This document shows, piece after piece, positions 20,043-30,771 of a stretch of DNA of 64,000 nt (positions are counted from its first letter, which is position 1; every line of letters starts with the position of its first letter). The stretch is taken from positions 9,952 to 73,951 of the forward strand of contig JACAAZ010000021.1 of the NCBI GenBank assembly GCA_013376995.1, in the 5' to 3' direction. The translations under genes were made by a program, and so were the position numbers. A model generated the notes under the pieces. That model saw only the letters and a program-made list of their open reading frames with translations. It had not been told where the DNA came from and ran no database searches. The stretch comes from Bacteroidota bacterium. Its GTDB lineage: Bacteria; Bacteroidota; Bacteroidia; Bacteroidales; UBA4417.

Positions 20043-21056
20043 TCAGGCGGATTGCCTGATGATGAGAGAAGGCTTAAAGGATTTGGTTTGGAAATTAATA
20101 TCTGCCGCCGGATTATTAAGCCTTCTTAGCATCAGTTTAATGCTTTCACGGCCCATTTCATAGCCCTTTTGCACGATGGTGGTAAGTTCGGGGTTAATGA
20201 TGGTTGCATTTGGACCATCTCCATACCCAATCACAGCAATATCTTCTGGTACCCGGTAGTTGTTATTTTGTAATATCTGGATAGCTGCAATGGCAGTGCT
20301 GTCATTTACGGCAAATATGCCGTCAATCTCAGGGGCAAGGTTCAACATATGATTCTTCAGGGTCATCACCTCTTCACGGGTATCACATTTTAAAATACGG
20401 TCTTCCCTGATTTCCAGGCCATTGCTTTTTAAGGCTTCACAATATCCATTTCTTCGGTTCTTTCCAATCTGCAGATGCTGGGGTGCAGCCAGGTGCACAA
20501 TATTCTTACAGCCCCTGCTGATAAGATGGTTTGTGGCAATCCTTCCGCCTTCAAAATCATCCATGATTACCTTGTCGCTTTCAATTTCATCGGCAACCCT
20601 GTCGTAAAAAACGATGGGTATACCATTGTCAATCGCTTCCCTGAAATGATCAAATGATTGGGTGGTTTTACTTAACGAAACTAGAATCCCATCAACCCGG
20701 TGATCAACCAGGGTCTGGAGATTTATGGCTTCCCTGTGATGATTCTCATTGGATTGGCAAATAATGAGATTATAACCCTCTTTATAAGCCAGGTCCTCAA
20801 TGCCACTGATAACAGATGAAAAGAAATGATGTACAATGGCAGGTATGATCAACCCAATGGTGTTGCTTTTTTGTCTCCTTAAACTCAATGCAAGCACATT
20901 CGGCCTGTAGTTTACCTCTTCAGCATAGGCCTTGATCATGATCTTGGTCTCAGAGCTTATATCCGGGTGATCCTTCAGGGCTCTCGAAACAGTAGATATC
21001 GAAACACCCAGGTTCCTGGCAATGTCTTTAATCGTTAATGGAGTAGGTTTGCTCAT
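20043..21056 (-). CDS. LacI family transcriptional regulator
   Basis: TIKDIARNLGVSISTVSRAL HTH; periplasmic-binding-fold effector domain; divergent from susC. Confidence 0.95.
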   Translation of the reverse strand: MSKPTPLTIKDIARNLGVSISTVSRALKDHPDISSETKIMIKAYAEEVNYRPNVLALSLRRQKSNTIGLIIPAIVHHFFSSVISGIEDLAYKEGYNLIICQSNENHHREAINLQTLVDHRVDGILVSLSKTTQSFDHFREAIDNGIPIVFYDRVADEIESDKVIMDDFEGGRIATNHLISRGCKNIVHLAAPQHLQIGKNRRNGYCEALKSNGLEIREDRILKCDTREEVMTLKNHMLNLAPEIDGIFAVNDSTAIAAIQILQNNNYRVPEDIAVIGYGDGPNATIINPELTTIVQKGYEMGRESIKLMLRRLNNPAADINFQTKSFKPSLIIRQSA

Positions 21057-21245
21057 AGTTTACATAGAACTGGGACTCTAAAGTAGTTATTTTTTCGTAT
21101 CTTACACTGAGATTGATATTAGTTAAGTTACCCCGGCTAATTCCAGTACTCGGTGAAATAAGGAAAAAATACTGGATTATAAGATTTAGCAGGACTTTGA
21201 AAGTTATGCTTGAAAAGGAAATAGTAAATAGGAGCTTACATTTTT

Positions 21246-21271
21246 TGCAAACGATTGCGAAAACGATTTCA
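21246..21271. promoter_or_regulatory. Tandem putative LacI operators TGCAAACGATTGCG / CGAAAACGATTTCA
   Basis: In the lacI-susC divergent region; matches the 9280 site; -7 box TAGTTTTG at 21337-21344. Confidence 0.75.
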
Positions 21272-21470
21272 GAAAAAAAATTTCAGAATTATTTAATATT
21301 CATTGAAATAAGGAGTTATATTAGATTTTTATTTTTTAGTTTTGAGGCTGTTTATATAATTAGGAGCTCGTTATACTTAAGTCCATTGAAAAATTTCCCA
21401 CATTAAAACGAATTCACACCTCAAGTTCAATATAAATTAACAATTGTTTAACCACAAGAAAGCCAGATCT

Positions 21471-24428
21471 ATGAAGAAACAATTTACTTCTTTCAAGGTC
21501 CTGTTTCTTTTCCTGGTATGGGCATTCAGTACGCATGCCTATGCTCAGGAGGTAAAGATTTCAGGAAAAGTTACTGACGCAACGGATGGTAGTTCGATAC
21601 CAGGCGTTACCGTGCTTATCAAGGGGACTAGTAAGGGAACAACAACTGACATTGATGGGAAATACGACATCAATGCCAATGCTGGTACCATACTGGTATT
21701 CTCCTATATCGGATATTCCCAACAGGAAGTAGCTGTTGGCACACAAAAATCCATCAACATTTCTCTCAAACCAACTGCAACCGGTCTCAACGAAGTTGTT
21801 ATCATTGGTTATGGTCAGGTTAAAAAAGGAGATGCAACAGGATCAGTTAACACTATTGGCACCAAAGATTTTAACCGCGGAGCCATTACCTCACCCCAGG
21901 AACTGTTGGTGGGTAAAAGCGCCGGTGTTGTTGTTACAACATCAGGCGGAGCACCCGGAGCAGGAGCACAAATTCGTATCCGCGGCGGTTCTTCACTAAA
22001 CGCCTCCAATGATCCATTAATTATTATCGATGGAATTCCCCTGGATAATAGCGATGTTTCTGGTAGCTCTAACTTCTTGTCAATCATCAATCCAAATGAC
22101 ATTGAAACTTTCACCGTACTAAAAGATGCTTCCGCTACCGCTATTTATGGATCGAGAGCTTCTAACGGTGTTATCATTATTACTACAAAGAAAGGCCAGT
22201 CAGGCTCTACCATGAAGCTGAACTACGATGGAAACACCTCCTGGTCAAGCGCAGTAAAATACCTCGACGTCTATTCAGGTGACCAGATGCGTAAAATCGC
22301 CCTGGACCATAAAGACCTGTTCGATCCGGCAAACTTTACAAGTCTCGGAACTGAAAACACCAACTGGCAGAAAGAAATTTACCGTACTGCCGTCTCCCAA
22401 AACCACAATGTAAGTATATCAGGAGCTGTTAAGTCTCTTCCTTATAGGGTAGCCCTTGGTTATACTGATGACAATGGTATCTTAAAAAACACCGATTATA
22501 AAAGGATAACAGGCTCAATCAACCTGAATCCTTCTTTCTTGCATAACGACCTGAAAGTTGACATCAATGCAAAAGCCATGAGCACCGATTGGAACTTCGG
22601 TGACGCTGGTGCCGTTGGTTCTGCTATCAATATGGATCCAACCCAGCCGGTTATGGACGGCAATACAAGCACTGCAGGCTATTTCCAATGGCCTACTTAT
22701 GGTGCTAACCTCGGAACTCCAAATCCTGTTGAACAACTAATGGCAGCTGACAATACTTCCAAAGTAACCAGGATGATTGGTAATATCCAGTTAAACTACA
22801 AACTTCCGTTTATTCCTAACCTGCACGCCACTTTAAACCTGGCTACAGATAAAACAGATAGTAAAGGCCATAACAACCGCCCAACCACATCTCCTTCAAC
22901 ACTTACATCTCCTTACTGGGGCAAGTTGAGTGATTACAATGCACATAACAAGAATGACCTGTTGGATTTCTACCTGAATTATACCAAGGACCTGAGCCAG
23001 ATCAAGAGCAAGATCGATCTGACAGGTGGTTATTCATGGCAGCATTTTCAACATAAAGGAGATCATTGGACTCGCGGTAATTACGATGAAAACCATCTTT
23101 ACCAGACTCCTGACAGTTCATCCTACATTTCTGAAAACTACCTGGTATCATTCTTCGGCCGTTTGAACTACACCCTCATGGATAAGTATTTACTTACTTT
23201 CACTCTCCGTGATGATGGTTCATCCCGTTTCTCAAAAGGTAACCAGTGGGGTCTTTTCCCATCAGCAGCCTTCGCCTGGAAGATCAACGACGAATCATTC
23301 CTGAAGAATGTTAAGGCTGTCTCAAATCTGAAACTGAGATTAGGCTGGGGTGTTACCGGCCAGCAGGATATTCAGGGTAATGACTACCCGGCTCAGGCTC
23401 TGTATAGCCAATCCTATATGGGATCATACTACATGATTGATGGTGAATACCTTCCAACTCTTCGCCCGGGTGCTTATGACCCCAATATTAAATGGGAAGA
23501 AACCACAACCCAGAATGTTGGCTTGGATTTCGGCTTCCTGAACGACCGTATTAACGGTTCATTTGACCTCTACAAACGCACTACCAAGGATCTGTTGAAC
23601 CTGGTTACTATCCCGAGCGGTAGCAACTTCTCCAATAAACTGATCACCAACGTTGGTAGCCTTGAAAATAAGGGTGCTGAATTTACCTTGAACCTGGTTC
23701 CTATTTCAAAGAATGATATGAACCTTACAATTGGATTCAACGTCACTTACAACCAGAATAAGATTACTAAACTTACCATGACAGATGATCCTACATATAT
23801 GGTTCCCGAAGGTGATGCTTTCACAGGCTTCAAACAGGTTATCAAGGTAGGTTATCCTGCTCACTCATTCTTCGTAAACAAACAGGTTTATGATGCCAAT
23901 GGAAACCCGATCGAAGGATTATATGTTGATCTTTCAGGTGAAGGTGGTACCGTTAATGGTGACAATGCTGATAAGTATATCTACCACAACCCGACCCCTG
24001 ATTATCTGCTGGGATTCTCTTTCCGCTTTAATTACAAGAATTTCGATCTTGCTGCTTCAAGCAGGGGTAGCATAGGAAACTATGTTTACAACCAGGTTGC
24101 CGCCGGATCTTCCTACGACCAGATGTCACAGATAGGATATTGGAAAAACTTCCCAACATTCCTGGATGACACCAAATTCGTAAAACGTCAGTTTACCAGC
24201 GATTACTTTGTTGAAAACGCTTCCTTCTTCAAATTGGATTACCTGAGTTGCGGATACAAATTCGACAATCTCGTAGGCAAACTGAGCGGCCGTATCAGCT
24301 TTACGGTTCAGAATGTGCTTACCATAACTAAGTACACAGGAATTGATCCTGAAGTTTCAGGCGGTGTGGATAACAACTTCTATCCCAGGCCACGTACCTA
24401 TATGGTTGGTTTAAGTTTAAGCTACTAA
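21471..24428 (+). CDS. susC: SusC/RagA TonB-dependent transporter
   Basis: CarboxypepD-like N-domain, VLKDASATAIYGSRASNGVIIITTK plug motif, KWEETT, terminal YPRPRTY...LSY. Confidence 0.96.
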   Translation: MKKQFTSFKVLFLFLVWAFSTHAYAQEVKISGKVTDATDGSSIPGVTVLIKGTSKGTTTDIDGKYDINANAGTILVFSYIGYSQQEVAVGTQKSINISLKPTATGLNEVVIIGYGQVKKGDATGSVNTIGTKDFNRGAITSPQELLVGKSAGVVVTTSGGAPGAGAQIRIRGGSSLNASNDPLIIIDGIPLDNSDVSGSSNFLSIINPNDIETFTVLKDASATAIYGSRASNGVIIITTKKGQSGSTMKLNYDGNTSWSSAVKYLDVYSGDQMRKIALDHKDLFDPANFTSLGTENTNWQKEIYRTAVSQNHNVSISGAVKSLPYRVALGYTDDNGILKNTDYKRITGSINLNPSFLHNDLKVDINAKAMSTDWNFGDAGAVGSAINMDPTQPVMDGNTSTAGYFQWPTYGANLGTPNPVEQLMAADNTSKVTRMIGNIQLNYKLPFIPNLHATLNLATDKTDSKGHNNRPTTSPSTLTSPYWGKLSDYNAHNKNDLLDFYLNYTKDLSQIKSKIDLTGGYSWQHFQHKGDHWTRGNYDENHLYQTPDSSSYISENYLVSFFGRLNYTLMDKYLLTFTLRDDGSSRFSKGNQWGLFPSAAFAWKINDESFLKNVKAVSNLKLRLGWGVTGQQDIQGNDYPAQALYSQSYMGSYYMIDGEYLPTLRPGAYDPNIKWEETTTQNVGLDFGFLNDRINGSFDLYKRTTKDLLNLVTIPSGSNFSNKLITNVGSLENKGAEFTLNLVPISKNDMNLTIGFNVTYNQNKITKLTMTDDPTYMVPEGDAFTGFKQVIKVGYPAHSFFVNKQVYDANGNPIEGLYVDLSGEGGTVNGDNADKYIYHNPTPDYLLGFSFRFNYKNFDLAASSRGSIGNYVYNQVAAGSSYDQMSQIGYWKNFPTFLDDTKFVKRQFTSDYFVENASFFKLDYLSCGYKFDNLVGKLSGRISFTVQNVLTITKYTGIDPEVSGGVDNNFYPRPRTYMVGLSLSY

Positions 24429-24448
24429 TGATTTAATACTCAACAGAT

Positions 24449-26086
24449 ATGAATAGTAAAATAATAATCTTGGGAGTTTTACTTTCTGCATTGATGGTTA
24501 CATCATGTGTGAAAGATTTAAACATAACGCCAAAAGACCCGAATAAAATCCTCGCAGGAAACTTGAGCGACGATCCCGTTTATATGAAGGAAGTATTAGG
24601 TAAAATCTATGCCAGCTTTATCATCTCCGGTCAGGGAGGTGGACTGGGCGATGATATCGTTGCTTCTGATGGAAACTTCTTCACTACTACCAGGGCTCTC
24701 TGGAATTGCCAGGAAATTACCACAGATGAAGCTATCTGTGCATGGGGCGACGTTGGTATTGCCGACCTCAACACCCAGACATGGAGCTCCAACAATCCTT
24801 TTCTCACTGCTCTCTATCAACGTCTGAGCCTAAGTATTACTTATGCAAACGACTTTATCAAACAGACCAATGGTAACTCTGACCCCAAAGTTATTCGTTA
24901 TAATGCTGAGGCTCGTTTCCTCAGAGCATTGGCCTATACATGGGAAATGGACCTGTTCGGAAATCCTCCTTTCGTAACTGATGCTGACGGTGTTGGCAAA
25001 TTCTTCCCCAAGCAGCTGGATCAGGATGTTACCGTTGCCCGTCCTAAACTGTTCAATTATATTGTTTCAGAACTACATGGAATTGAAAGCAAGTTAGGCG
25101 AACCCGGATTCTCATATCCTCAGGCTGACCAGGGTGCATGCTGGATGCTGTTAGCACGCCTTTATCTGAATGCCCAGGTGTTCACCGGCACTGCTAAATG
25201 GGATAGCTGCAAAATCTATTGCGATAAAGTAGTTAGTAGCGGTAAATATTCACTTGCTCCTGACTATCGCCAGAACTTCAGCGCCGACAATGACGGCTAC
25301 CATAATCCTGAAATGATCTTCGCATGGGAACAAGACGGCAATTATACCCAGGGCTATGTTGGAACAACTTTCATCATCGAGTCAAGCAGCGATGCTACAT
25401 ACATCAGGGCTGAAGATTTCCATGGACTTACTTCCAATACTAACTGGAACGGTAACAGGTCAAGGAAACAATTTATGAATGTCCTGGTTGACACACTTGC
25501 TACCTATGGAAACAATCCTGTCCCTTACGATACTGACCCAATGTTCACCCAGTGTAAGGACAAACGCGTTTTCCTCAAATCAAAGAAGAGCCCGGATATC
25601 CCTTCAGCTTCCTCTAATGGCGATTACGGTATCGGCGTATATAAATTTACTGCCAAGAATGCCGATGGTTCCCAGGCTGCAAACTATAATGCTGCATTTG
25701 CCTGCACAGATTTCCCAATATTCCGTTATGCTGACGCATTGTTAATGAGGGCTGAATCTCTGCACAGGTTAGGTAATGATGCAGATGCAGTTGCTGATAT
25801 TAATGCTGTTAGGCAACGGGCATTTGGTGAGAACTACGTTCCTATTACCGCTTCAGAAGTTACCGATCAGTTCCTTTTAAATGAACGCGGTAAGGAATTC
25901 TATTATGAAGCACAAAGAAGGACCGACCTCATCCGCTTTGGACAGTTCTCAAACGGTACTTACAAATGGGCTTGGAAAGGCGGAGTTGCCAATGGTACTC
26001 AGACCGACAGCCATCTTAACCTTTTCCCAATCCCGGGTGCTGAAGTTTCTGCTAATCCAAACATTCATCAAAATCCTGGTTACTAA
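24449..26086 (+). CDS. susD: SusD/RagB lipoprotein
   Basis: Lipobox VTSC; AEARFLRA, FRYADALLMRAE, ERGKEFYYEAQRRTDLIRF. Confidence 0.95.
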   Translation: MNSKIIILGVLLSALMVTSCVKDLNITPKDPNKILAGNLSDDPVYMKEVLGKIYASFIISGQGGGLGDDIVASDGNFFTTTRALWNCQEITTDEAICAWGDVGIADLNTQTWSSNNPFLTALYQRLSLSITYANDFIKQTNGNSDPKVIRYNAEARFLRALAYTWEMDLFGNPPFVTDADGVGKFFPKQLDQDVTVARPKLFNYIVSELHGIESKLGEPGFSYPQADQGACWMLLARLYLNAQVFTGTAKWDSCKIYCDKVVSSGKYSLAPDYRQNFSADNDGYHNPEMIFAWEQDGNYTQGYVGTTFIIESSSDATYIRAEDFHGLTSNTNWNGNRSRKQFMNVLVDTLATYGNNPVPYDTDPMFTQCKDKRVFLKSKKSPDIPSASSNGDYGIGVYKFTAKNADGSQAANYNAAFACTDFPIFRYADALLMRAESLHRLGNDADAVADINAVRQRAFGENYVPITASEVTDQFLLNERGKEFYYEAQRRTDLIRFGQFSNGTYKWAWKGGVANGTQTDSHLNLFPIPGAEVSANPNIHQNPGY

Positions 26087-26105
26087 ACCTAAAAACTTCT
26101 GAACA

Positions 26106-27176
26106 ATGAAAAGAAAACTAATTATATATATAGCCTTAATTGGGATAATCGGTCTGTTGTCCAACTGTAAAAAGGATGAGACAAAGGTTGTATTATCCTC
26201 AAATCCGGTGCCGCCTACTTTAACCTTACCGGATAATTTGACGTTGCTGAGGACACATGCTGGCGATACACTCACCTTTACAGGTACTGCAGTGGATCCG
26301 GGATTTAATGCTTCAGCAAACTATTTTGTAGAAGCATGTAAGGCTGGCTCTGGTTTTACAGATGTCATCACACTTTTTACCGGTGTTAAAAACAACATCT
26401 TTAAAATCTCAGCAGGGGACCTTAATAACATCCTTCTCAAAAAACTTCCTGCAGATGAAGCAACATCTCTTGATTTCAGGGTAAGATCAGTATTTGTAAT
26501 TGACGCAGGTACCGGATATACTCCGATTGAGGTTACTTCAGCTATTACAACTGCTACTGTTACAACTTACGGACCCCCAACTTTGGCCCTCACAACTGCA
26601 GGGACACTTCAGGGTGTTATCTCTCCAACTGACAATGGTTTCTATTCAGGTTGGATCTATACCGACGGAACTCCTTTCCATTTCACCAACAAGGATAATG
26701 GGAAAAATTACGGTGGTGATGCCGGTACTGGAGTTCTGACAGAGAATGGTCCAGATCTTACTCTTGATGCCGGTGCTTATAATATCACCGTTGACCTTAC
26801 CAATCTTTCCAGTATCACTATGACGAAAGAAGATGTAACTATCGGTATTATCGGTGATGCAGTTGGTGGATGGGATAACGATACAAAGATGGTATTCAAT
26901 TTTACAGATCGTAGCTGGAATATACATAAAGCAGTTACTGCCGGAGGTGTCAAATTCAGGACTCACGGCGGATGGAATAAAGTGAATGTTGCATATCGCC
27001 CCAATAATCATGATCTCAACAACCTCTATCAAAGCCATGGATTGTTAAACGGTGTTCAACTTGAACCAGATCTTGGCGATAGTCAGAATATTGACGATAT
27101 AGCAGCTGGTAACTATGATATCAAGTTTTTCTTGGAATCATCCCCAATGAAAGCTGTTTTCACTCCTGCAAAATAA
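26106..27176 (+). CDS. SusE-like outer membrane glycan-binding lipoprotein
   Basis: Lipobox LSNC; SusE-type N-domain; IGIIGDAVGGWDND...KFR CBM-like module. Confidence 0.8.
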   Translation: MKRKLIIYIALIGIIGLLSNCKKDETKVVLSSNPVPPTLTLPDNLTLLRTHAGDTLTFTGTAVDPGFNASANYFVEACKAGSGFTDVITLFTGVKNNIFKISAGDLNNILLKKLPADEATSLDFRVRSVFVIDAGTGYTPIEVTSAITTATVTTYGPPTLALTTAGTLQGVISPTDNGFYSGWIYTDGTPFHFTNKDNGKNYGGDAGTGVLTENGPDLTLDAGAYNITVDLTNLSSITMTKEDVTIGIIGDAVGGWDNDTKMVFNFTDRSWNIHKAVTAGGVKFRTHGGWNKVNVAYRPNNHDLNNLYQSHGLLNGVQLEPDLGDSQNIDDIAAGNYDIKFFLESSPMKAVFTPAK

Positions 27177-27180
27177 AAAG

Positions 27181-27309
27181 TTGAGTTGACAGGTCCGGTC
27201 TGTCCGGGCCTGGCATCAATTCTCAGGGAGTTTCTGCATAATAGAAATTGAGTTCTTTTACAACGTGTCAAAAAGGTTTACAGAAGTTTTCCCGTGTGGA
27301 GAACTCAAT
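27181..27309 (+). other. Multi-hairpin intergenic element between susE-like and susF-like genes
   Basis: Stems CAGGTCCGG/CCGGGCCTG (27190-27212) and ATTGAGTTCT/AGAACTCAAT (27247-27309). Confidence 0.5.
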
Positions 27310-27349
27310 CCGCAGATCGACATTTTTTAAACATTAAAAAAAACATCAA

Positions 27350-28912
27350 ATGAAAAGAAAAATATTTTCAAAAATCTTGACTGTACTGGTCCTGGCTACG
27401 CTGGTTTTTGTTTCTTGTACGAAAGAAAATTCAGAGGTTCGTCTTGATCCTACGCTCGCAACATCCCAGGTTTACGGAGTCACACATGACTCTGCTACCG
27501 TCGTTGGATTTGTCGTAGCATCAGGAAGCGGATTCTCAGAAAGAGGCGTTTGCTATAATACCTCAACTTCTCCTACTGTTGATAATAGTAAGGTTGTTTA
27601 TACCGGCGAAAGCAGAACAGCTACCTTCGTTGTTGACCTTGGTGGTCTGAATTATGCTACCACATATTATGTGCGCGCATATGCAACAAATGCAAGTGGT
27701 ACCATCTACGGTGATGAGTATTCTTTCACTACAGATCCAATTGCTCCTAGTGTTAGCACTGCTGAAATAAAGGATATTACCGGAACAACAGCTACCGGTG
27801 GTGGCACCATTACAAATACCGGTGGAGCAGCTATCACTGCAAGGGGTATTTGCTACAGCACAAGTGAAAATCCTACAGTTGCTGATCATAAAACATCCGA
27901 CGGCACTGGTGATGGAGCTTTTGTTAGTTCAATGTCTTCATTGCTCGGCCTTACTGATTACCATGTTCGCGCTTATGCCACCAACAGTGCTGGTACATCC
28001 TATGGCGAAGATGTTAAATTCACAACCCTGGTTTCCGTGCGCACATGGAACGTGCCTGGTGACTATGTTGGTGACAGCTATCCTGGAACCACACTTGCAA
28101 ACTGGGATCCGGCTAATTCACCACAGGTTAAGAGTAACCTGGCTGCTCCTAACTCACTCGAAGGATATGTCTATATGGCCAATGCAACAAACCAATGGAA
28201 GCTTGCTACACAGACAAACTGGAACGGACCAAACTATGGCGCTGGTGCAACCGGTGTTCTTGATCCTAATGGTGGTAACTTCCAATCACCAGCTGGCTAT
28301 TATAAGATCAATGCTGACGCTATCAATCTCACCTACACTGCTGTTGCAACTGTTTGGGGTGTTATTGGAAGTGCTACTGCCAATGGATGGAATGATGAAA
28401 CCGGATTGACCTATGTTCCGGCTATGAGAACCTGGAGAGGTGGTATTCACCTTGCTGCCGGCGAATTCAAATTCCGTGCAAACCACGATTGGGGACTAAA
28501 CTATGGTAGCACAGCCGGAAACGCAACTCTCGATGCTGGTGGTAGCAATATTCCTGCTCCCTCTGTAGAATCAGATTATTACTTTGCACTCGACCTCAGC
28601 ACTCCTTTAACTTATACCTACACCGCTGACAGGTGGGGTATTATTGGAGATGCTACAGCAGGTGGCTGGTCAGATGACCAGAACATGACCTGGGATGCAA
28701 CCAATCAGGTTCTCACTGCAACCATTCCTCTTACTGTTGGAGCCATTAAATTCAGAGCTAATGATGACTGGGCAGTCAATTATGGTGGTCCGTTAACAGC
28801 CCTGACACAAGGTGGTGATAACATTCCTATCGCAGAGGCCGGCACCTATGTAATTACGCTTGACCTTGGCAAAGTTGTACCTTCTTGTACAATCACCAAA
28901 CAAAAGAAATAA
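27350..28912 (+). CDS. SusF/SusE-like lipoprotein with two FN3-like N-terminal modules and three CBM-like modules
   Basis: Lipobox FVSC; two RGxCY...YxVRAYATN..G..YG modules; WGVIGSATANGW / WGIIGDATAGGW...KFRAN.DW repeats. Confidence 0.8.
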   Translation: MKRKIFSKILTVLVLATLVFVSCTKENSEVRLDPTLATSQVYGVTHDSATVVGFVVASGSGFSERGVCYNTSTSPTVDNSKVVYTGESRTATFVVDLGGLNYATTYYVRAYATNASGTIYGDEYSFTTDPIAPSVSTAEIKDITGTTATGGGTITNTGGAAITARGICYSTSENPTVADHKTSDGTGDGAFVSSMSSLLGLTDYHVRAYATNSAGTSYGEDVKFTTLVSVRTWNVPGDYVGDSYPGTTLANWDPANSPQVKSNLAAPNSLEGYVYMANATNQWKLATQTNWNGPNYGAGATGVLDPNGGNFQSPAGYYKINADAINLTYTAVATVWGVIGSATANGWNDETGLTYVPAMRTWRGGIHLAAGEFKFRANHDWGLNYGSTAGNATLDAGGSNIPAPSVESDYYFALDLSTPLTYTYTADRWGIIGDATAGGWSDDQNMTWDATNQVLTATIPLTVGAIKFRANDDWAVNYGGPLTALTQGGDNIPIAEAGTYVITLDLGKVVPSCTITKQKK

Positions 28913-28927
28913 AAGACTCTATTCAAT

Positions 28928-28958
28928 AAGGGGTGGGTCAAAAGCCCACCCCTTTTTT
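28928..28958 (+). terminator. Intrinsic terminator ending the susCDEF transcript
   Basis: AAGGGGTGGG-tcaaaag-CCCACCCCTT followed by T-run. Confidence 0.85.
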
Positions 28959-29085
28959 CAATTACTCCCCACTATCAGTTATTTACTTCTTTTGCTAAAC
29001 CTGGTTTCTGAAACTCCGGATTACCACGTTCAACTTATGCTTGATTAGTACCTGATTCTTTTGATTTATACCAAATCAACTTACG

Positions 29086-30771
29086 ATGCCCAACATAAGT
29101 AAATTGTTTGAATATTGGCGAAAACTATATCCCCATGTGTCTGAACAGATTCTGGGAAATTACCTTCAGACAATTGAATTTTATAAAACCTTTACCCAAG
29201 TAAATGAAGAACAGGTTGACTGGTATAAGGACGCCATAGTATATTCACTCTACACAGATTTATTCAATCAAAATTTTGAGGGTATCATCGAGAAATTGGA
29301 CTACCTGCAGGATCTCGGTGTAAACTGTATATGGTTATTACCTGTAATGCAGTCACCCATGCGAGATGCAGGATTCGATATTTCAGACTTCCTTAATATT
29401 CGTCCTGAACTTGCCAACAACGACCCTTCTCAAAGCACAGCAGTTTTCACCGGATTTCTGAAAGAAGCTCATAACAGGGGCATCAAGGTTATTTTCGATT
29501 TTGCAATTAACCATATTTCGGATCAACACCCATGGTTTCTCGAAGCCAGGAAAAGTAAGGATAATCCATACAGGCAATTTTTTATCTGGAATACGGATAC
29601 CTCAACATATAGCAAGGCACGAATCATATTTAAGGGGATAGAAGACTCTAATTGGGAGAAATGCGGAGATGAATACTATTTCCATCGTTTTTTTAGTTTT
29701 CAGCCGGATCTGAACTATCATAACCCGGAAGTGCTTCTTTCCATGTGCCGGTTCTTACTTTATTGGCAGAATGTGGGAGTTGACGGATTCAGAGCTGATG
29801 CAATACCCTATCTCTGGAAAGAAGAAGGAACAGAATGTGAAAACCTTCCCCAGACCCACCTGGTGGTAAAATTCTTCAGGGCTCTCCTCGATTATGTTAA
29901 ACCTGGTTCCTTGCTATTAGCAGAAGCCTGTCAGAAACCTAATAGGGTTGTAGAATACCTGGGTAATGGTGATGAATGTCACGCAGCTTATCATTTTCCA
30001 TTGATGCCACGCATATTCAAAGCTATAGCTCAGCATAGCGGAAAACCAATCGAAGAAATTCTTTCACGGGATGTAACACCCGAATTGCCAGAGAATGGGC
30101 AGTGGTTTACATTCCTTCGTTGCCACGATGAACTTAGCCTCGAACTGGTTTATGTCACAGAAGAGGAGAGAAAGTTCATACACGAAAACTATTGCCATGA
30201 TCCAAAGTGGGATTTCCGCATGGGTGAAGGAATCTCAGCCCGACTCTCCGAACTGATGGATCGCGATCCCAGGAAAATTCACCTGGCTTACTCCTTGATT
30301 CTAACCCTGCCCGGAACCCCGGTAATATATTATGGTGATGAGTTCGGCAAACTGAATGATGAAGATTATTATAATGAAATGATTGCCCTAACTGGAAAGG
30401 ATGATACCCGCTTCCTGGTCCGGGGTAAGATTGATTGGAAATCCCTGGAAAAGGACCTTTCCAATCCTGCCAGCTTCAGCAGTATTGTAAACAGCAAGCT
30501 GAAAAAAATGATGAAGACCAGGCGTCAATTCAAGGCTTTTGGCAGGGGATCACTGGTCTTTAGCAATCTTACCGATAATTCTGCAGGGAAAATCCTGGCA
30601 TTCGTGAGAGAATTCGAAAATGAAAAAATATTGGTCCTACATAATATGACAGAAAATCCTGTCGAAATCCAGCTTCCAGCTGGCCTGACATCAGGTAAAG
30701 AACTCCTCCAGCAATCCTGGTCCTCACGGATGACGCTCGAACCATACGGTTTCAGATGGATTTACTCATGA
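29086..30771 (+). CDS. treS: Trehalose synthase TreS-like GH13 (maltose alpha-D-glucosyltransferase), cytoplasmic
   Basis: WYKDAIVY, HRFFSFQPDLN, GFRADAIPYLWKEEGTECENLPQTH, LLAEA, FLRCHDEL; no signal peptide, no maltokinase fusion. Confidence 0.75.
   Translation: MPNISKLFEYWRKLYPHVSEQILGNYLQTIEFYKTFTQVNEEQVDWYKDAIVYSLYTDLFNQNFEGIIEKLDYLQDLGVNCIWLLPVMQSPMRDAGFDISDFLNIRPELANNDPSQSTAVFTGFLKEAHNRGIKVIFDFAINHISDQHPWFLEARKSKDNPYRQFFIWNTDTSTYSKARIIFKGIEDSNWEKCGDEYYFHRFFSFQPDLNYHNPEVLLSMCRFLLYWQNVGVDGFRADAIPYLWKEEGTECENLPQTHLVVKFFRALLDYVKPGSLLLAEACQKPNRVVEYLGNGDECHAAYHFPLMPRIFKAIAQHSGKPIEEILSRDVTPELPENGQWFTFLRCHDELSLELVYVTEEERKFIHENYCHDPKWDFRMGEGISARLSELMDRDPRKIHLAYSLILTLPGTPVIYYGDEFGKLNDEDYYNEMIALTGKDDTRFLVRGKIDWKSLEKDLSNPASFSSIVNSKLKKMMKTRRQFKAFGRGSLVFSNLTDNSAGKILAFVREFENEKILVLHNMTENPVEIQLPAGLTSGKELLQQSWSSRMTLEPYGFRWIYS

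Noticed and set aside
21113-21406. 97 aa ORF between lacI and susC
   Set aside because: AT-rich promoter/operator region; low-complexity translation with a non-ATG start.
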